Of a DNA stretch of 64,000 bases, positions 12,671 through 24,996 are shown piece after piece. The notes beneath the pieces were generated by a model. That model worked only from the letters and a program-made list of their open reading frames with translations. It ran no database searches and was not told where the DNA came from. The stretch's first letter is position 1. Each line of letters opens with the position of its first letter. This DNA comes from Eledone cirrhosa (lineage: Eukaryota): contig OZ024740.1 of assembly GCA_964016885.1 (NCBI GenBank), forward strand, positions 182,094,001 to 182,158,000. The letters run 5' to 3'. The translations under genes and the position numbers were made by a program.

Positions 12671-14749
12671 TATCTAGGGGTTCTCAGTATATCACATGTG
12701 TTTGTGTGTGAGAGATAGAACATCGTCGTTCTCACCCGCCACTATTCCTCTATAGCATGTCAGACAGTTGCAGCCCATGCTTCAATCAGCTATTTCCATA
12801 CAATCCTAGCATGCATCTAACATGTTGTTTCATTCCCTTGCTACCAGTAAAGTGAGAGACGTTTCAAGAATGGCTTCCAAAGCCTGAAGAAATCAGGCCG
12901 TCCTGACCCAAGTCAGAGCATAGATACAAAAGACAAGTCAATTTTTGCATTAGAAAATGTTCTTCTCTTTACGTTTTAATTTATATATGTTATGACAAAA
13001 TACACTCATATTTTACTTAAGAATTAACATCATTTTTCACTATCAAGTAGTGAAATAAAAAAAATAATCTTAAGTATAAATGTAAAATAACTTCAAAGAA
13101 ATTTGAAAATACTTGGTTAACACTTGAAAATTGGTTTCAAAGTAAAGATCACTTTAAACGTTTTAAAATATTTAAACATTCAAATGTATTTGAGCAAGAT
13201 ATGTAAAATAAAATTACTTTTTCGAAAGCATTTTTATATATAATGTTGGGAGAGGAAACTTTGCAAATGCTTGTAATTTTCTTTAAAATGTTTGACCAAA
13301 AATTACATATTTGGTATTGTTTAGCCTTAATTTAATTCTGATGAAACATATCTATTATCAAAGATATCCTAGCCATGATCATCTTGTCATTTACTTTTTC
13401 AGGAATTTGGACCACATGATACTATGTATCTTTTTGTAAAATTGTATGGTGGGGTTTATGGAAGTAGACTAGTAAAATTGTTGGAACATTGGATGAGACG
13501 TATTTAAGTGTTTGTTCTTTTTTTTTCATTCTGAGTTAAAATCAAGCAATGGCATATTTGGCTTGTAAACATAATCCATTGTGTTGTTTAACATCTGTGT
13601 TGGTACCTTCATTGAGGTCCACTCTGTTGTAAGCATTCATCACAGGTTTCTGATTTTGTTTTTCTTGAAAGGTTCCTTCATTGGCTTATGTATCCAAAGC
13701 AGACATAAAATTAAATGTTGTCAAGGCTTTTTCTTACATATTGTTAGATCTAAATATTATTTAATGTGGTGAATTATCAATAATATTTTCAAATGTATAC
13801 TTAGAACCCTTTTCATGCTTCTCTAATTAGTTCTTGAAAAAATATATTTTGTTCTTTTGTAAACAATTTAAAAAATATATAGGTTTATATAAGAATATGA
13901 TTAATGAAATTATACTATTTATCTTTCTGTTAACAATATTTTCATTTAGTAACAACTAACAGAATTATTAAACTTCTCTAACTAAGCTCTCTACAGTAAT
14001 TGGAATATATCTCTAATCATCACTCAGGGTCACTTCACATATATAATGTTTTCAGGGTCAACAATTTCAAGGGGAAGAGAAGTCAATTAAATTGTCCTCA
14101 GTACATTATTGGTGTTTTATATCAACCTCATAAGGATGAAAGGCAAAGCTTAGATGGCAGGATTTGAACACATGATGTAAAGGGCCATAACTCTATACTA
14201 CAAAGCATGTTGTCCGACATCCTACCAATAGTTCCACCTCACATATATAATACTACAACTGTATAACAAAGACTAGATTTCTTTCAAATCTGATAATCTA
14301 CTGACTTTCTACTAAGCTAAAACTAGACTGTTTGACAAAATATTTTGCAGTATTTTTTTACTCTTTTCTGTGTTCTGAGTTCAAATATCATTGAATTCAA
14401 CTTTGCCTTTCATCCTATTGTTGGTTGATAAAATAAAGTATCATTCTGGGGCGATGGATTAATGGAATTGTTTAAGCACCAGATGAGATCATTTGTGATA
14501 TCAATCTGGCTGTTTTATTTTGAGTCATTGGGAGGTATACTAAATCTGTCATCTGGTGTAATACTGTTACTTCAGCCCTAGGTGCTTTCGGGGATGTTCA
14601 ATATACTGCAAGTAATTAGGCTAAGTCTCCTCTTTAAAGACAATTTCCTTATCACTCTCTGGGGTGGCTGAAAGAAAATAGAAAAAAACTATATACTGTT
14701 CAAATATTAGATATTGCTACTAATTTGATAGTGACTTTGTGCTTTTTGT

Positions 14750-14900
14750 AAAGGTGTGGTCTCTCATAACTGACATGGAATGAAGAATCCAGTCATTCGA
14801 GCACAATTGCTTCAGAAAGTTGCTACACATCCCATACATGAAGCACAAAACAAACAGCTTTGTGAGGCAGCAAGTTAACAATATACTAGCAAAAAGGAAG
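14750..14900 (+). mobile_element. RTE LINE remnant
   Basis: WSLITDME*RIQSFEHNCFRKLLHIPYMKHKTNSFVRQQV resembles the RTE post-RT region. Confidence 0.6.
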
Positions 14901-15311
14901 TTATATTTTTCCTTTATTACCTTTACGTCTTTATTTGACTAACACACCAATAAATCCAGGACTTTAAGTAAAAATAAATTCTAGTTTTATAGATATACTA
15001 AATTAGCCTTGCTTCAAAGACAAATATGGAGACTGAGCAGACAGATCAGTCCATAATTCAACAATGAACATATAATGGACTATCATCATTCTTTGAAGTA
15101 AAGCTGATTTGGATGCATTTCTTTTCTTCTTTTCATTTACATGCACAAAAAACTTTCTATCAGTTGAAATATAAAATAGTATTATAGATAAATGAGAATA
15201 TTTGTTTTACAGCTTTTAACAACACTTATATGATATGAAATTTTATTCTATTTCTTTTGGAGTCATTTGTTATTTACATAGCATATTAGCATATGTTTGT
15301 GCATGAATATA

Positions 15312-15349
<38 letters not shown>

Positions 15350-15784
15350 AGGGAGTGTTTGTATTTATGCATGCATCCTCAACATGACATCAAAGATAAT
15401 GGTTTCTGATTTAGGCACAAGGCCAAACAGTTTGGATGAGAGGAACGTCAATTAAATCAATCCTGTAAGGATGAAAATCAAAACTAATCTCAGCTAGATT
15501 TGAACTCAGAACGTAAAGAGAAATAACTGTATGCCACAAACCATTTTTTCGAGCACTCTACCTATATTGCCAATTCATTGCCCTTGAGATTATAGATAAT
15601 AACAGATTGTTTTGTGCAATGAGTCGAACAGGGTTCAGTTGTTACTGGGTTACAACATAATAGAACACCAATTATCTTTGTTGACTAACAGCAGAAATGA
15701 CTGGGTTACAGTGGTTTATACGGTTACAAGTATAATTATTGCTGTTTAGCTCCAGACCATATGTGATTCAACTAACCCTTGATC

Positions 15785-16320
15785 TGTTAGAACACGAAAA
15801 GTGTGAAACACAGAATGTTCACTTTTCGTGTTCTAACATATATGCCTAGCTTCTTTAAAAATTTTTCGGGGATAGCCGTGGTGGTGGTGATCGTATGTCA
15901 TTGGCTAATTTTCAACCAATCAGAGTACCTCTCTCTATATCTCTTCCACTGTTACTTACGCCTGTTTCTCTCTATCTGTTCCGTCTCTATATATATCTCT
16001 TACTCTTTCGCTTTGCACTCCTCCCCTTCAATACCATCTCTCCCCCTCTCTATATATTTGTTACTCTATCGCTGCACGCTCCTCTCCTTCAATATATCAA
16101 TTACACACGCTTTACACTCCTTTATCCCCAGCGCCCCTATATATACACCCCCCTCTCCCGCATCTATATTTTAATGTACCGTTGCACCGTGAATATATGT
16201 GTCTATATATATATACATATATATTGTATATACACATTCATGTATGTGTATACACATTCATGTATGTATATACACTGGTTTTATGTGTGTATTGTAAATT
16301 TGTACTGTTAAAACACGAAA
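15785..16320. mobile_element. Non-autonomous element with terminal hairpin, sub-terminal inverted repeats and internal microsatellites (Helentron/DINE-like architecture)
   Basis: 19-bp perfect IR at 15785-15803/15820-15838. Third copy of tgttaRaacacgaaa at 16306-16320. Interior is (CT)n/(TA)n-rich. Confidence 0.35.
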
Positions 16321-17185
16321 CTAACATTCGATTGACACTTTGATTACCTGTACAGGCAATAGTTATTAGAATGCTGTTGAAGTGTGTATATATTTTTGGG
16401 GGACATCCTGTATATACACACATTATATATAATACAATAAACAGATAAATACACACATATATATATGAGCTTATTTAATTATAAATATTGTGAATTTTTA
16501 ACTCAGTTCAATTATATATATAAATGGCTTCTACAGGACTAGAACTGTTTCATTCGAAAGAAATCATCATAATATTGAGAGGGGGGACTAGATAAAATAT
16601 TTCAAATCAAATGTGTATAAGTTATAAGTTAAAATGTATAAATAGAGACGATAGTGGAGGTATATCTGTTTAGTGGAACAGTAGACGATAGAATTAAATA
16701 CAGACGATAATCTCCCTTTAATGAAACAGCAGACGATAGAATTAAGGCAATTTAAATTTTAAGCATTTGCATTTTTGCCTTTCATCGTTACGGGGTCGAT
16801 AAAATAAAGTACCAGTAATACACTGTCACTAGACGACTTTCAAATTGAATTGTTGGTTCCATTTCTTTAGTATTTTCAATTGTAGTTATCTACTTAAAAA
16901 GCGTTACACGGTTAGAGACATAATTCGTAAGTTATATCTTCCCTATTAAACCATTGCATTATTTCGCCTACAATAGAACAAAAATGAAATGTTCTTTAAA
17001 GAAACAGGAATATAACTTTATAAAAAAAAAAGTTGCATCCGCTTCTTTTATCATTGATAATTTTTTCGTTTTAATATTAATTGTTTTTTGTAGTTGTTTA
17101 TATTAAAAATCTTACTGTAATATTTACTTAAACGAAGGCAAACATCTAAACTTATAGATTAATCTTGAGCGAAGGACTAGATAAA

Positions 17186-17234
<49 letters not shown>

Positions 17235-17619
17235 GAAGAATGATAAAATTTCAAGCAAAGAGTTTAATTAGGTATATTTTGTAATATTATTAACTAATTA
17301 TTATAATTAACGCGCATATTTTGCTATCCTCAAACACGTTTACACATGGCATGAAATATAACTAATCCGAGATGGCTAGGTTTCATCTTCTAACTGGATA
17401 AACGAAATCCATTATGTCTTGACAACAACATGAGGTAACATTATGTTATTCACAGACACACTTTGTACACTGTTCCATATCAGAATGTATTTCCTTCGTC
17501 ACATTCACAAACAGTATTGAAAATATGTTCTTCGGCAAATAAAAATGTTTTGTTCATAATATTTCAACTAGCGATTGCTCTACTTCACGCACGACCACCA
17601 TAAATTAATGACCAGCTCA

Positions 17620-17800
17620 ACACAAGTATTGGTAGAGCGTCAGACACCATGCTTTGCAGTATTGTTATGGTCCTTTGCATTCTAAGTTCAAATCCTGCCG
17701 AGGTTAACTTCGACTTTCATACTTACTAATTCGATAAAATAAAGTACCAGTAATGGACTGCCGTAATGGATTTGTGCCGAAAAATAGAAACACTATTAAT
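17620..17800 (+). mobile_element. tRNA-derived SINE with Deu/Nin-like core
   Basis: Box B aagttcaaatcc, then gaggttaactt...ctttcat...tcgataaaataaagtaccag. Other decayed copies near 14070-14240(-), 14340-14450(+), 15400-15590(-), 16760-16825(+), 19590-19690(+), 54440-54590(-), 55860-55960(+). Confidence 0.8.
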
Positions 17801-18348
17801 GTGCAATAAGAGCAAAATATAACGACATTGCTCAATTATTTTATCTAATGTTGTAATAACACAAGGAAATGTTGTTTGTGTATTTTTTTTTATATTTGCT
17901 CATAGGCTTTTACAATTTCGCTCAGCCAACAACTATTAAAAAGTGAGTTGCTTAAGATAACAATTTAATCACAAATTGTTGCTATCTTTTAATACACTCC
18001 AACAAGTCATCAAATTATGTACAATAAAAACAAATCTTATTAATTTGCTCAGGGAATATAAAGAAAATGTATATACACTGATAATTGCAAATGTATGTAA
18101 ATATTTTGTTTTTGTATTGTATATTTTATGTTTTCTATTATGTATAATATATTGATTTAATATTGATTGTTTTTTGTAGTTGTTTATATTAAAAGTCTGA
18201 AAATATTTTTATACATCTTACACTAATATTTATAAGATAATTTATAATAACAATTACATAATCTAATTACATTACAACGATAATTTATTATTAATATATA
18301 TCCTGTTTAACTAGAGTTATTACAAGCGTTGCCTTAAAAAAATATTAA

Positions 18349-19305
18349 ACTAGACATGAAAAATGCGCAAACTCAAAAGTGCCACAGAATGTTATAATAA
18401 ACCTTCAAAAGTGTGGGACTAGAGTTGTTGCTAAAAAATATTGTAATCATTATATATCGTACATTCTGTGGCATCCTTTATAAAAATAGCTTAAACCAAC
18501 GAAGCCTTTATTTTTACGCTATTTCACTTAGTTAATTCTTAGAGTGTAACATATAAAAATAAATACATCTATGTTTAATGTAATAACAGCTATAAATAAT
18601 TACGTAATATTATTATCATATACTCATAGTAACAAAATAATTGTGTTGAAACTTAATATGATGCTTATATGAACGATCAAATCTATAATGATAATTTCTT
18701 AAATATACTAATAGTAAAATAATTTAGTTATCTATTGTTACATTTTCATAGAACTATAATATTACCAATCGTATTGCATTATCAAATTTTTATCACTACA
18801 AACTTTCATATTGGAATTACCTTAAGCCACTTATTATTACTTCGCTTTCGTACTTTTACAGCTGTAGATATTGCGCTGTATCTTATATCTAATATCAATA
18901 TCTCGTGGTAATTTGCATGAAGTGTAAAATAGGTTTATTAATAACTTTAATATGAAATGTATTATACAGGGCTGCGGAGTCGGTCAAAAATTGACTGGCT
19001 CCAACTCAGGATCCGATACTCCATTATTTCCTAAATTTCAGCTCCGCAGCTCTGTTATTATATTAATTAATTTATTTTATAGTTGTAAATCATATTTTTA
19101 TATGTTACACTCTAAGAATTAACTAAGTGAAATAGCGTAAAAATAAAGGCTTCGTTGGTTTAAGCTATTTTTATAAAGGATGCCACAGAATGTACGATAT
19201 ATAATGATTACAATATTTTTTAGCAACAACTCTAGTCCCACACTTTTGAAGGTTTATTATAACATTCTGTGGCACTTTTGAGCTTGCGCATTTTTCATGT
19301 CTAGT
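18349..19305. repeat. ~212 bp near-perfect inverted repeat pair around a ~530 bp spacer
   Basis: 18349-18561 is the reverse complement of 19093-19305 with about one mismatch. Confidence 0.9.
18967..19054. mobile_element. 88 bp hAT-type MITE
   Basis: TIRs cagggctgcggag / ctccgcagctctg. Candidate 8-bp TSD gtattata / ttattata. Confidence 0.65.
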
Positions 19306-20289
19306 AAAAGATGTTCTGCTTATAACAATCCTAGCTTTTTTCAAGTTAAATTAAAATTTATTTGGAATAACTTTTATCAAAATTCCATCCAATGTGGCTT
19401 GATCTGGAACTAACAGTAACAATAATTATACATACTTCTTACTGACTAAATTCCAGTGGTAGTTGGCCAGGCTAGTTGTCACCTATTTGTCTGTTATATA
19501 ATCACCACACAACCATTCTACATGTAATGTTCTTTGTTTTAGCCATTTTTATACAGCTGTATACTGGTTGTCATAGGACAAAACATTTAGTGGCATTTAT
19601 TCTCACTTTTTGTATTCTGAGTTCAAATCTGACATAGGTCAATTTTGTCTTTCATATTTCCTGGGTCAATAAAGAATGTACCAGTTCAGTTTTATAGACC
19701 AGGGAAATTGTTAAAGCATCAGACATGATATCTTGTATTTTCTTTGATTCTTCACATTCTGCTGTGGCTTACTTGGGTGATAGTCTTAATCCATTGCCTG
19801 GTTTATTGCCAGTACCTACCCATTGTTGCCACTAGGCGTGTGTCCTCTGTTGTAAGCAATAGGACATTGTCCCTTGTTTAAAGACATCGACTTCTCTTCT
19901 GGCTCAGAAGCCCTTAATGGTGGCACTCACTATACTTCCCTCTCTGATTAATCATTAAAAACATTGTTATTATATATTTTTCTAATTCTTTTAAATGATT
20001 TTATCAGTTTATCATTCTTCAATGAATTCCTTTTTTTAATAGATGCAGGAAAGAAGGAAGCCTATAATATTTTTGAGACCTCCAAATGGTTACAGAAAGG
20101 AGAAAAGGACCATGATACATAGGTTGTTCTCAGACAAGCAAACTAGTTAGTGTGCTTGCAAAAGAGTGGACTCCACTAAAGGCACCCAAAGGCTAAGCGG
20201 TGATATTAAACTGGGCACGTGATTGAGTCTACCTCCCTGTAAAATAGTATAGTCCATTTAATAGACAACTAAACAACAGTTTCTACCTA

Positions 20290-20415
20290 TCCAATTTCAC
20301 ATACACAGCATGGTTCAATCTAAAGTTCTAGTAGAAGACATTAACCTAAGGTGCCACACAGTGGAATTGAATCTTGAAACATGATTGAGATACGTACTTC
20401 TTAACCACACAGCTT
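20290..20415 (-). mobile_element. tRNA-derived SINE head
   Basis: Reverse complement reads gctgtgtggttaagaag...gattcaattccactgtgtggcaccttaggttaatgtcttctactagaa. Confidence 0.6.
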
Positions 20416-21139
20416 TGCCAGTGCTAATTCTACTATGTAAAATTAATTTTCATGTTTTACCTTCCAAACGTATTTCTTGCAATACCTTTCAACACAAATA
20501 AATTTGAAAGAAAATTTACACCTCATCATCAAATGTATCAGAAGTAGCGACACTTTTGGTGTACAAAATGGATCTAATTAATTAAATATATTTAAATAGC
20601 AAAATTCAATATTGCCTTAATCCTCAAGTCTCAACAAAATATTTAATTAATATCTAATTTATTACAGTTAAGCAAAGCCAAAAGTAAAAACATAAAGCAA
20701 TCATATTCAAGAAAAAATATTTTCTACAGAAATAATTCAATATAAATATATATCCATCCAATATAAATATATATACATCCAACTGGAGAAATCAAGCCAG
20801 AATCAGTTCCTGTCCCACCCTTGCAAGCAGGGAAAAGTGGACGTAAAATGAAGATGATGATGATGATGATATGTTTAGTAGTTATAAATAAGGATTTTGA
20901 AAACTCAACAGCTGAATATGTTCTCTAAAGAAACTATAAGTTTTCTAATTGATATAGCAAATTTCCTTTCATTTATTAGCTATATAAAGTAGCTGTGTTT
21001 GTGTGAGGACAACAAGCATTTGTAAGGTGGGCATATGGGTGCCAAAAATCCTTTGTAAGGTGGTCATGTGGGTGACAAAAAAAATTGCAAGATGGTCATG
21101 TGGGTGACACAATGAAGAATTACCCAGTCCAACTTGTCA

Positions 21140-21610
21140 TTTTTGTGCCACAATAAAAAACACCCAGTCCACGCGGTAAATGTGATTGGCATTAAAAGGA
21201 GCATCCAGCCGTAGAAATCAAATGAGAAACAATTCTGTATGAGAAAGAAACGGTCAGATGATCTAACTCGTATCACAATGGGACAACTCATCTTAACCAT
21301 GCTGGTATGGAAAATGGACATTAAACAGTGGTGATGGTGATGATGATGATATAGATTACAAATCCAGTGAAAAATATTTTGCAATATTTAAGTCATATAT
21401 ACATACATATAATTACCATTAGTATGATTTTCTGTCCATTTTCCATGTTAGTATGGATTAAATGGTTTATCACTGTTTGAGACAAGATGGGTTGGATAAT
21501 GACCTTTAACCCATATGTTTTGACCTGATTTCTTTGGCCAGATACCCTTCTTAATGACAATGAATTTACTGAGTTTACTGGGTGCATTTTATTATGGTAC
21601 CAATATGTAT
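21140..21610. mobile_element. Tail-to-tail pair of SINE 3' halves with RTE-derived tails
   Basis: Plus copy 21140-21350 (ggagcatccagccgtagaaa...ccatgctggtatggaaaatggacattaaa-(GAT)n) and minus copy 21420-21610. Confidence 0.6.
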
Positions 21611-22422
21611 GAGAATGTACAATTTATTTTTGTTAGTTATTCTGTATTTTCTGTTTAACTTTATTTTTTTCTGTTTCAAGAGGGGCCTTATCCAAATATT
21701 CAAGCCACAATAAAATTATCACAGAAATCTAGATGAAAGACACACTATATAGAAAGATATATAATAGATATCAAACTTGAAAAAAAAATCTACTGTCTTG
21801 CAGATGGCTTCAGAATTTTGCTATGAGGCTTTGCTTTATATTTACAGTCCATGACAGTATCGAGGGTACCTTTGAATTTTTCACACTGACCAATCATTGC
21901 CCAGGCCCTAAACAACCCAGAAATCGTTCATATTCTGATTAATTTTTAGCCTTCGGTTTTAGGTGTATTATGCAACTATATATAGTTGAAAAAGAGGGTA
22001 GTTCTATACAAAACAAAGGTTATAGTTAAAAAGTAAGGGTGGAAATGCACAGAAAAATATATAATTTTATAATTGTTGCATTACATATAACTGGTTTCGA
22101 TTGGTATAACAATTTTATCAAATATAGATATTAAATATTTTTTTTAAAATGTATTTTGTGTATTTTGTTTCAATTTTGTTTAATGGTTTGTTTAGGTGTG
22201 AATTAATCTTTTTGTCTTGTGGTATGTGTGTGTGTGTTTATTTACCTCTTGTATCAAGAGATCAAAATTGCTTTTTAGGAGTTGAAGAAAAAAGTAACCA
22301 TAAGAATAAATAGATGAAACATGATTGAAAGGGTTGTTTTTTGGGGGGAGGGGGGGGGGGTACAGAGGCTGGGATTGCTGGAGGATTTGCAGGAAAGAGG
22401 AGAGAAATGAATAATAATAATG

Positions 22423-22457
<35 letters not shown>

Positions 22458-24701
22458 TGAGTCCCTACTGAATGGGACACTAAAAAACATAGACACTAAA
22501 AATAGACTGGAAATAAAGTACAAGACTAGGGGGAAAAGGCTAAATATTATCAGAGAGGAACTGAAGAAACGCATTGTAGCAAAGAGTGCAAAAATTAGGC
22601 GATACGAGAGCAGAGTCAGTCAGTATAGACAGAACCGCATGTTTGACAACAACCAGAAGATGTTGTTTGGACAGCTTGAATGGAAAGAAAGAGGCAACGG
22701 CTTAATCCCTGAGGTGGAACAAACTAAGACATTCTGGAGAGGAATATGGGAGCAGGATGTTAAACATAATGACCAGGCAGTGTGGATTGAGACAGTACAA
22801 AAGGAGATTAGTGAACAGGCACACCAACAAACTCATTTGAGTATCACAGTTGAAACTCTCAAGGGGCAGGCAAAAAAACTAACCAACTGGAAATCACCAG
22901 GCCCAGATGGTGTGCAGGGGAATTGGATTAAAAATGTAACATGCCTCCACCCGAAGCTGACAACCATGTTCAATGACTGCTTGATGTCAGGTGAGGTACC
23001 AGAGTGGTTGACAAAAGGTACCACAGTTCTGGTGATGAAAGACTGAATCAAGGGTAATGATGTCACCAACTATAGACCTATCACATGTCTGTCCGTAATG
23101 TGGAAATCTACCATCACCTCCACACAAACAACCTGTTACCGGACGAACAGAAAGGATGCCGAAAGAAGTCCCGTGGTACAAAGGACCAGTTACTTATTGA
23201 TAAGATGGTAATGGGGAATTGCAAGAGGAGCCACACTGATCTTGCCATGGGATGGATAGACTACACAAAGGCATTTGACATGGTGCCTTATTCTTGGATC
23301 ACCAAAAGCCTAGAGATCTTCAAGGTGGCAGATAACATCAGACAGTTGTTGAGCAAAAGTATGAAGTCCTAGGAAACAGAGTTAACATCAGCTGGAGAAT
23401 CCTTGGGAGGCGTGAAGATCAAGAAAGGTATCTTCCTGGGAGATTGTCTGTCCCCTCTGTTGTTTGTCCTTGCCCTGATGCCCCTGACCATTATACTGCG
23501 AAAAGTGAGAGCAGGATACAAGTTGGGAAAGGGAGAGCTTACCATCAATCACCTCCTCTTCATGGACGATCTTAAGCTCTTCGGGAAGAGTGAGAAGGAG
23601 TTGGATGTGCTTTTTGACACTGTCCGTATTTTCAGCAATGATATATGTATGCAATTTGGTATCAGTAAGTGTGGAGTCCTTGTGATGAAGAGGGGAAAAT
23701 CTGAAGGTGGAAGAGGTCTTATCAGCATAGAGGACTGTGTTCAGATGGAGAAAAACAACCTACACAAATAGGTGACCGATAGTAAGGAGCCAATGCTCAG
23801 AATTGTACTGAAGGAGAGGACAATAGACCAGGGGATGTCCAAGGAGGAAATAACAATGAGGAGAAAGAGCAACCTTCATGAAAAATCCCTTCATATTACC
23901 TTATTTGAGAAAACGGAATTCAGATGTCCACAGACATGGAACTGGTTGAGAAGAGGAGACCTTAAAAAGCCTACAGAAGGAATGCTAATGGCTGCGCAAA
24001 AGCAGGCCCTCAAAACAAAGTGGCTGAAACACCATATTTACAAGGAGGAGGCTATCCCACTGTGCAGGATCTGTGGAGTGAGAGAAGAGACTGTGGATAA
24101 CATTGTATCCGAGTGTTAACACCTAGCCCAGACTCACTATAAGGGATGGAGGCATGATGTGATGGGCAGGGTGATCCACTAGCACCTATGCAAAGTAAAC
24201 AATTTACCACATTCTGAGAAGTGGTATGAGCATAAGCCAGAGTCGGTGATAGAAAACGATCAGGTGAAGGTGCTATGAGATTTTATGATACAGATGGACA
24301 AGAAACTGAAACACAATTGACCTGATCTGGTGGTTTTGGACAAGGAAAAAAGATGGTGCCTGATTGTGGATGTAGCCCATTTGACACGAGAGTGCAAGAG
24401 AAGGAGAGGGAGAAAATTAACCGATACCAGGACTTAAAGTGGGAGGTAAAAAGGATTTGGAACTGCCATGAAGTCAAAGTGGTCCTGATTGTCATAGGCG
24501 CACTAGGTACTATCTTAAAAAGTTTCCAGGATGGTTAAAGAAAATTGGCCCCGCCCCGTTTTTTGGAACACTTCAAAAGGCATGCTTTCTGGGAACAGCA
24601 AGAACTCTCCGATACGTCCTGAATATCTGAGGCTGCAGGTAGTGGCTTGATATTCATTTCAACAAACTTTCCAGTTAACTAACATCAATGACTGAGACTC
24701 A

Positions 24702-24746
<45 letters not shown>
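22458..24746 (+). mobile_element. R4/Dong-like family A, 5'-truncated and internally deleted older copy (A1)
   Basis: Starts right after (TAA)n 22410-22457. RT and RLE motifs in broken ORFs. About 370 bp missing at ~23697 relative to A2. (TAA)n tail at 24702-24746. Confidence 0.93.
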
Positions 24747-24748
<2 letters not shown>

Positions 24749-24996
24749 TTTCTTTATTAACCACAAGGGTTTACATAAAGTAGACATTAAGGACAGTGCA
24801 GGACAATGCAGGACGGTACAAATGGGCATTTCTGCGTGTAAAAAACAAAAACAGAGGATGTAACAAAAAATAACAATGAAAAATTCCCCAATAGGGGGGA
24901 GACTTCGGAGGGACATTTGTGGAGAAAGCCCAGTAAAAAGCCACAATGACCCTGACCACCAAGGCAAGTGCCCTCTCCCAGTTTTCCACCTTTAAT

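Noticed and set aside
13580-13700. Possible minus-strand exon (ANEGTFQEKQNQKPVMNAYNRVDLNE)
   Set aside because: Weak acceptor and donor, and no recognisable homology.
20043-20150. Possible plus-strand exon after a pyrimidine tract and AG
   Set aside because: The frames I read close quickly and there is no strong donor.
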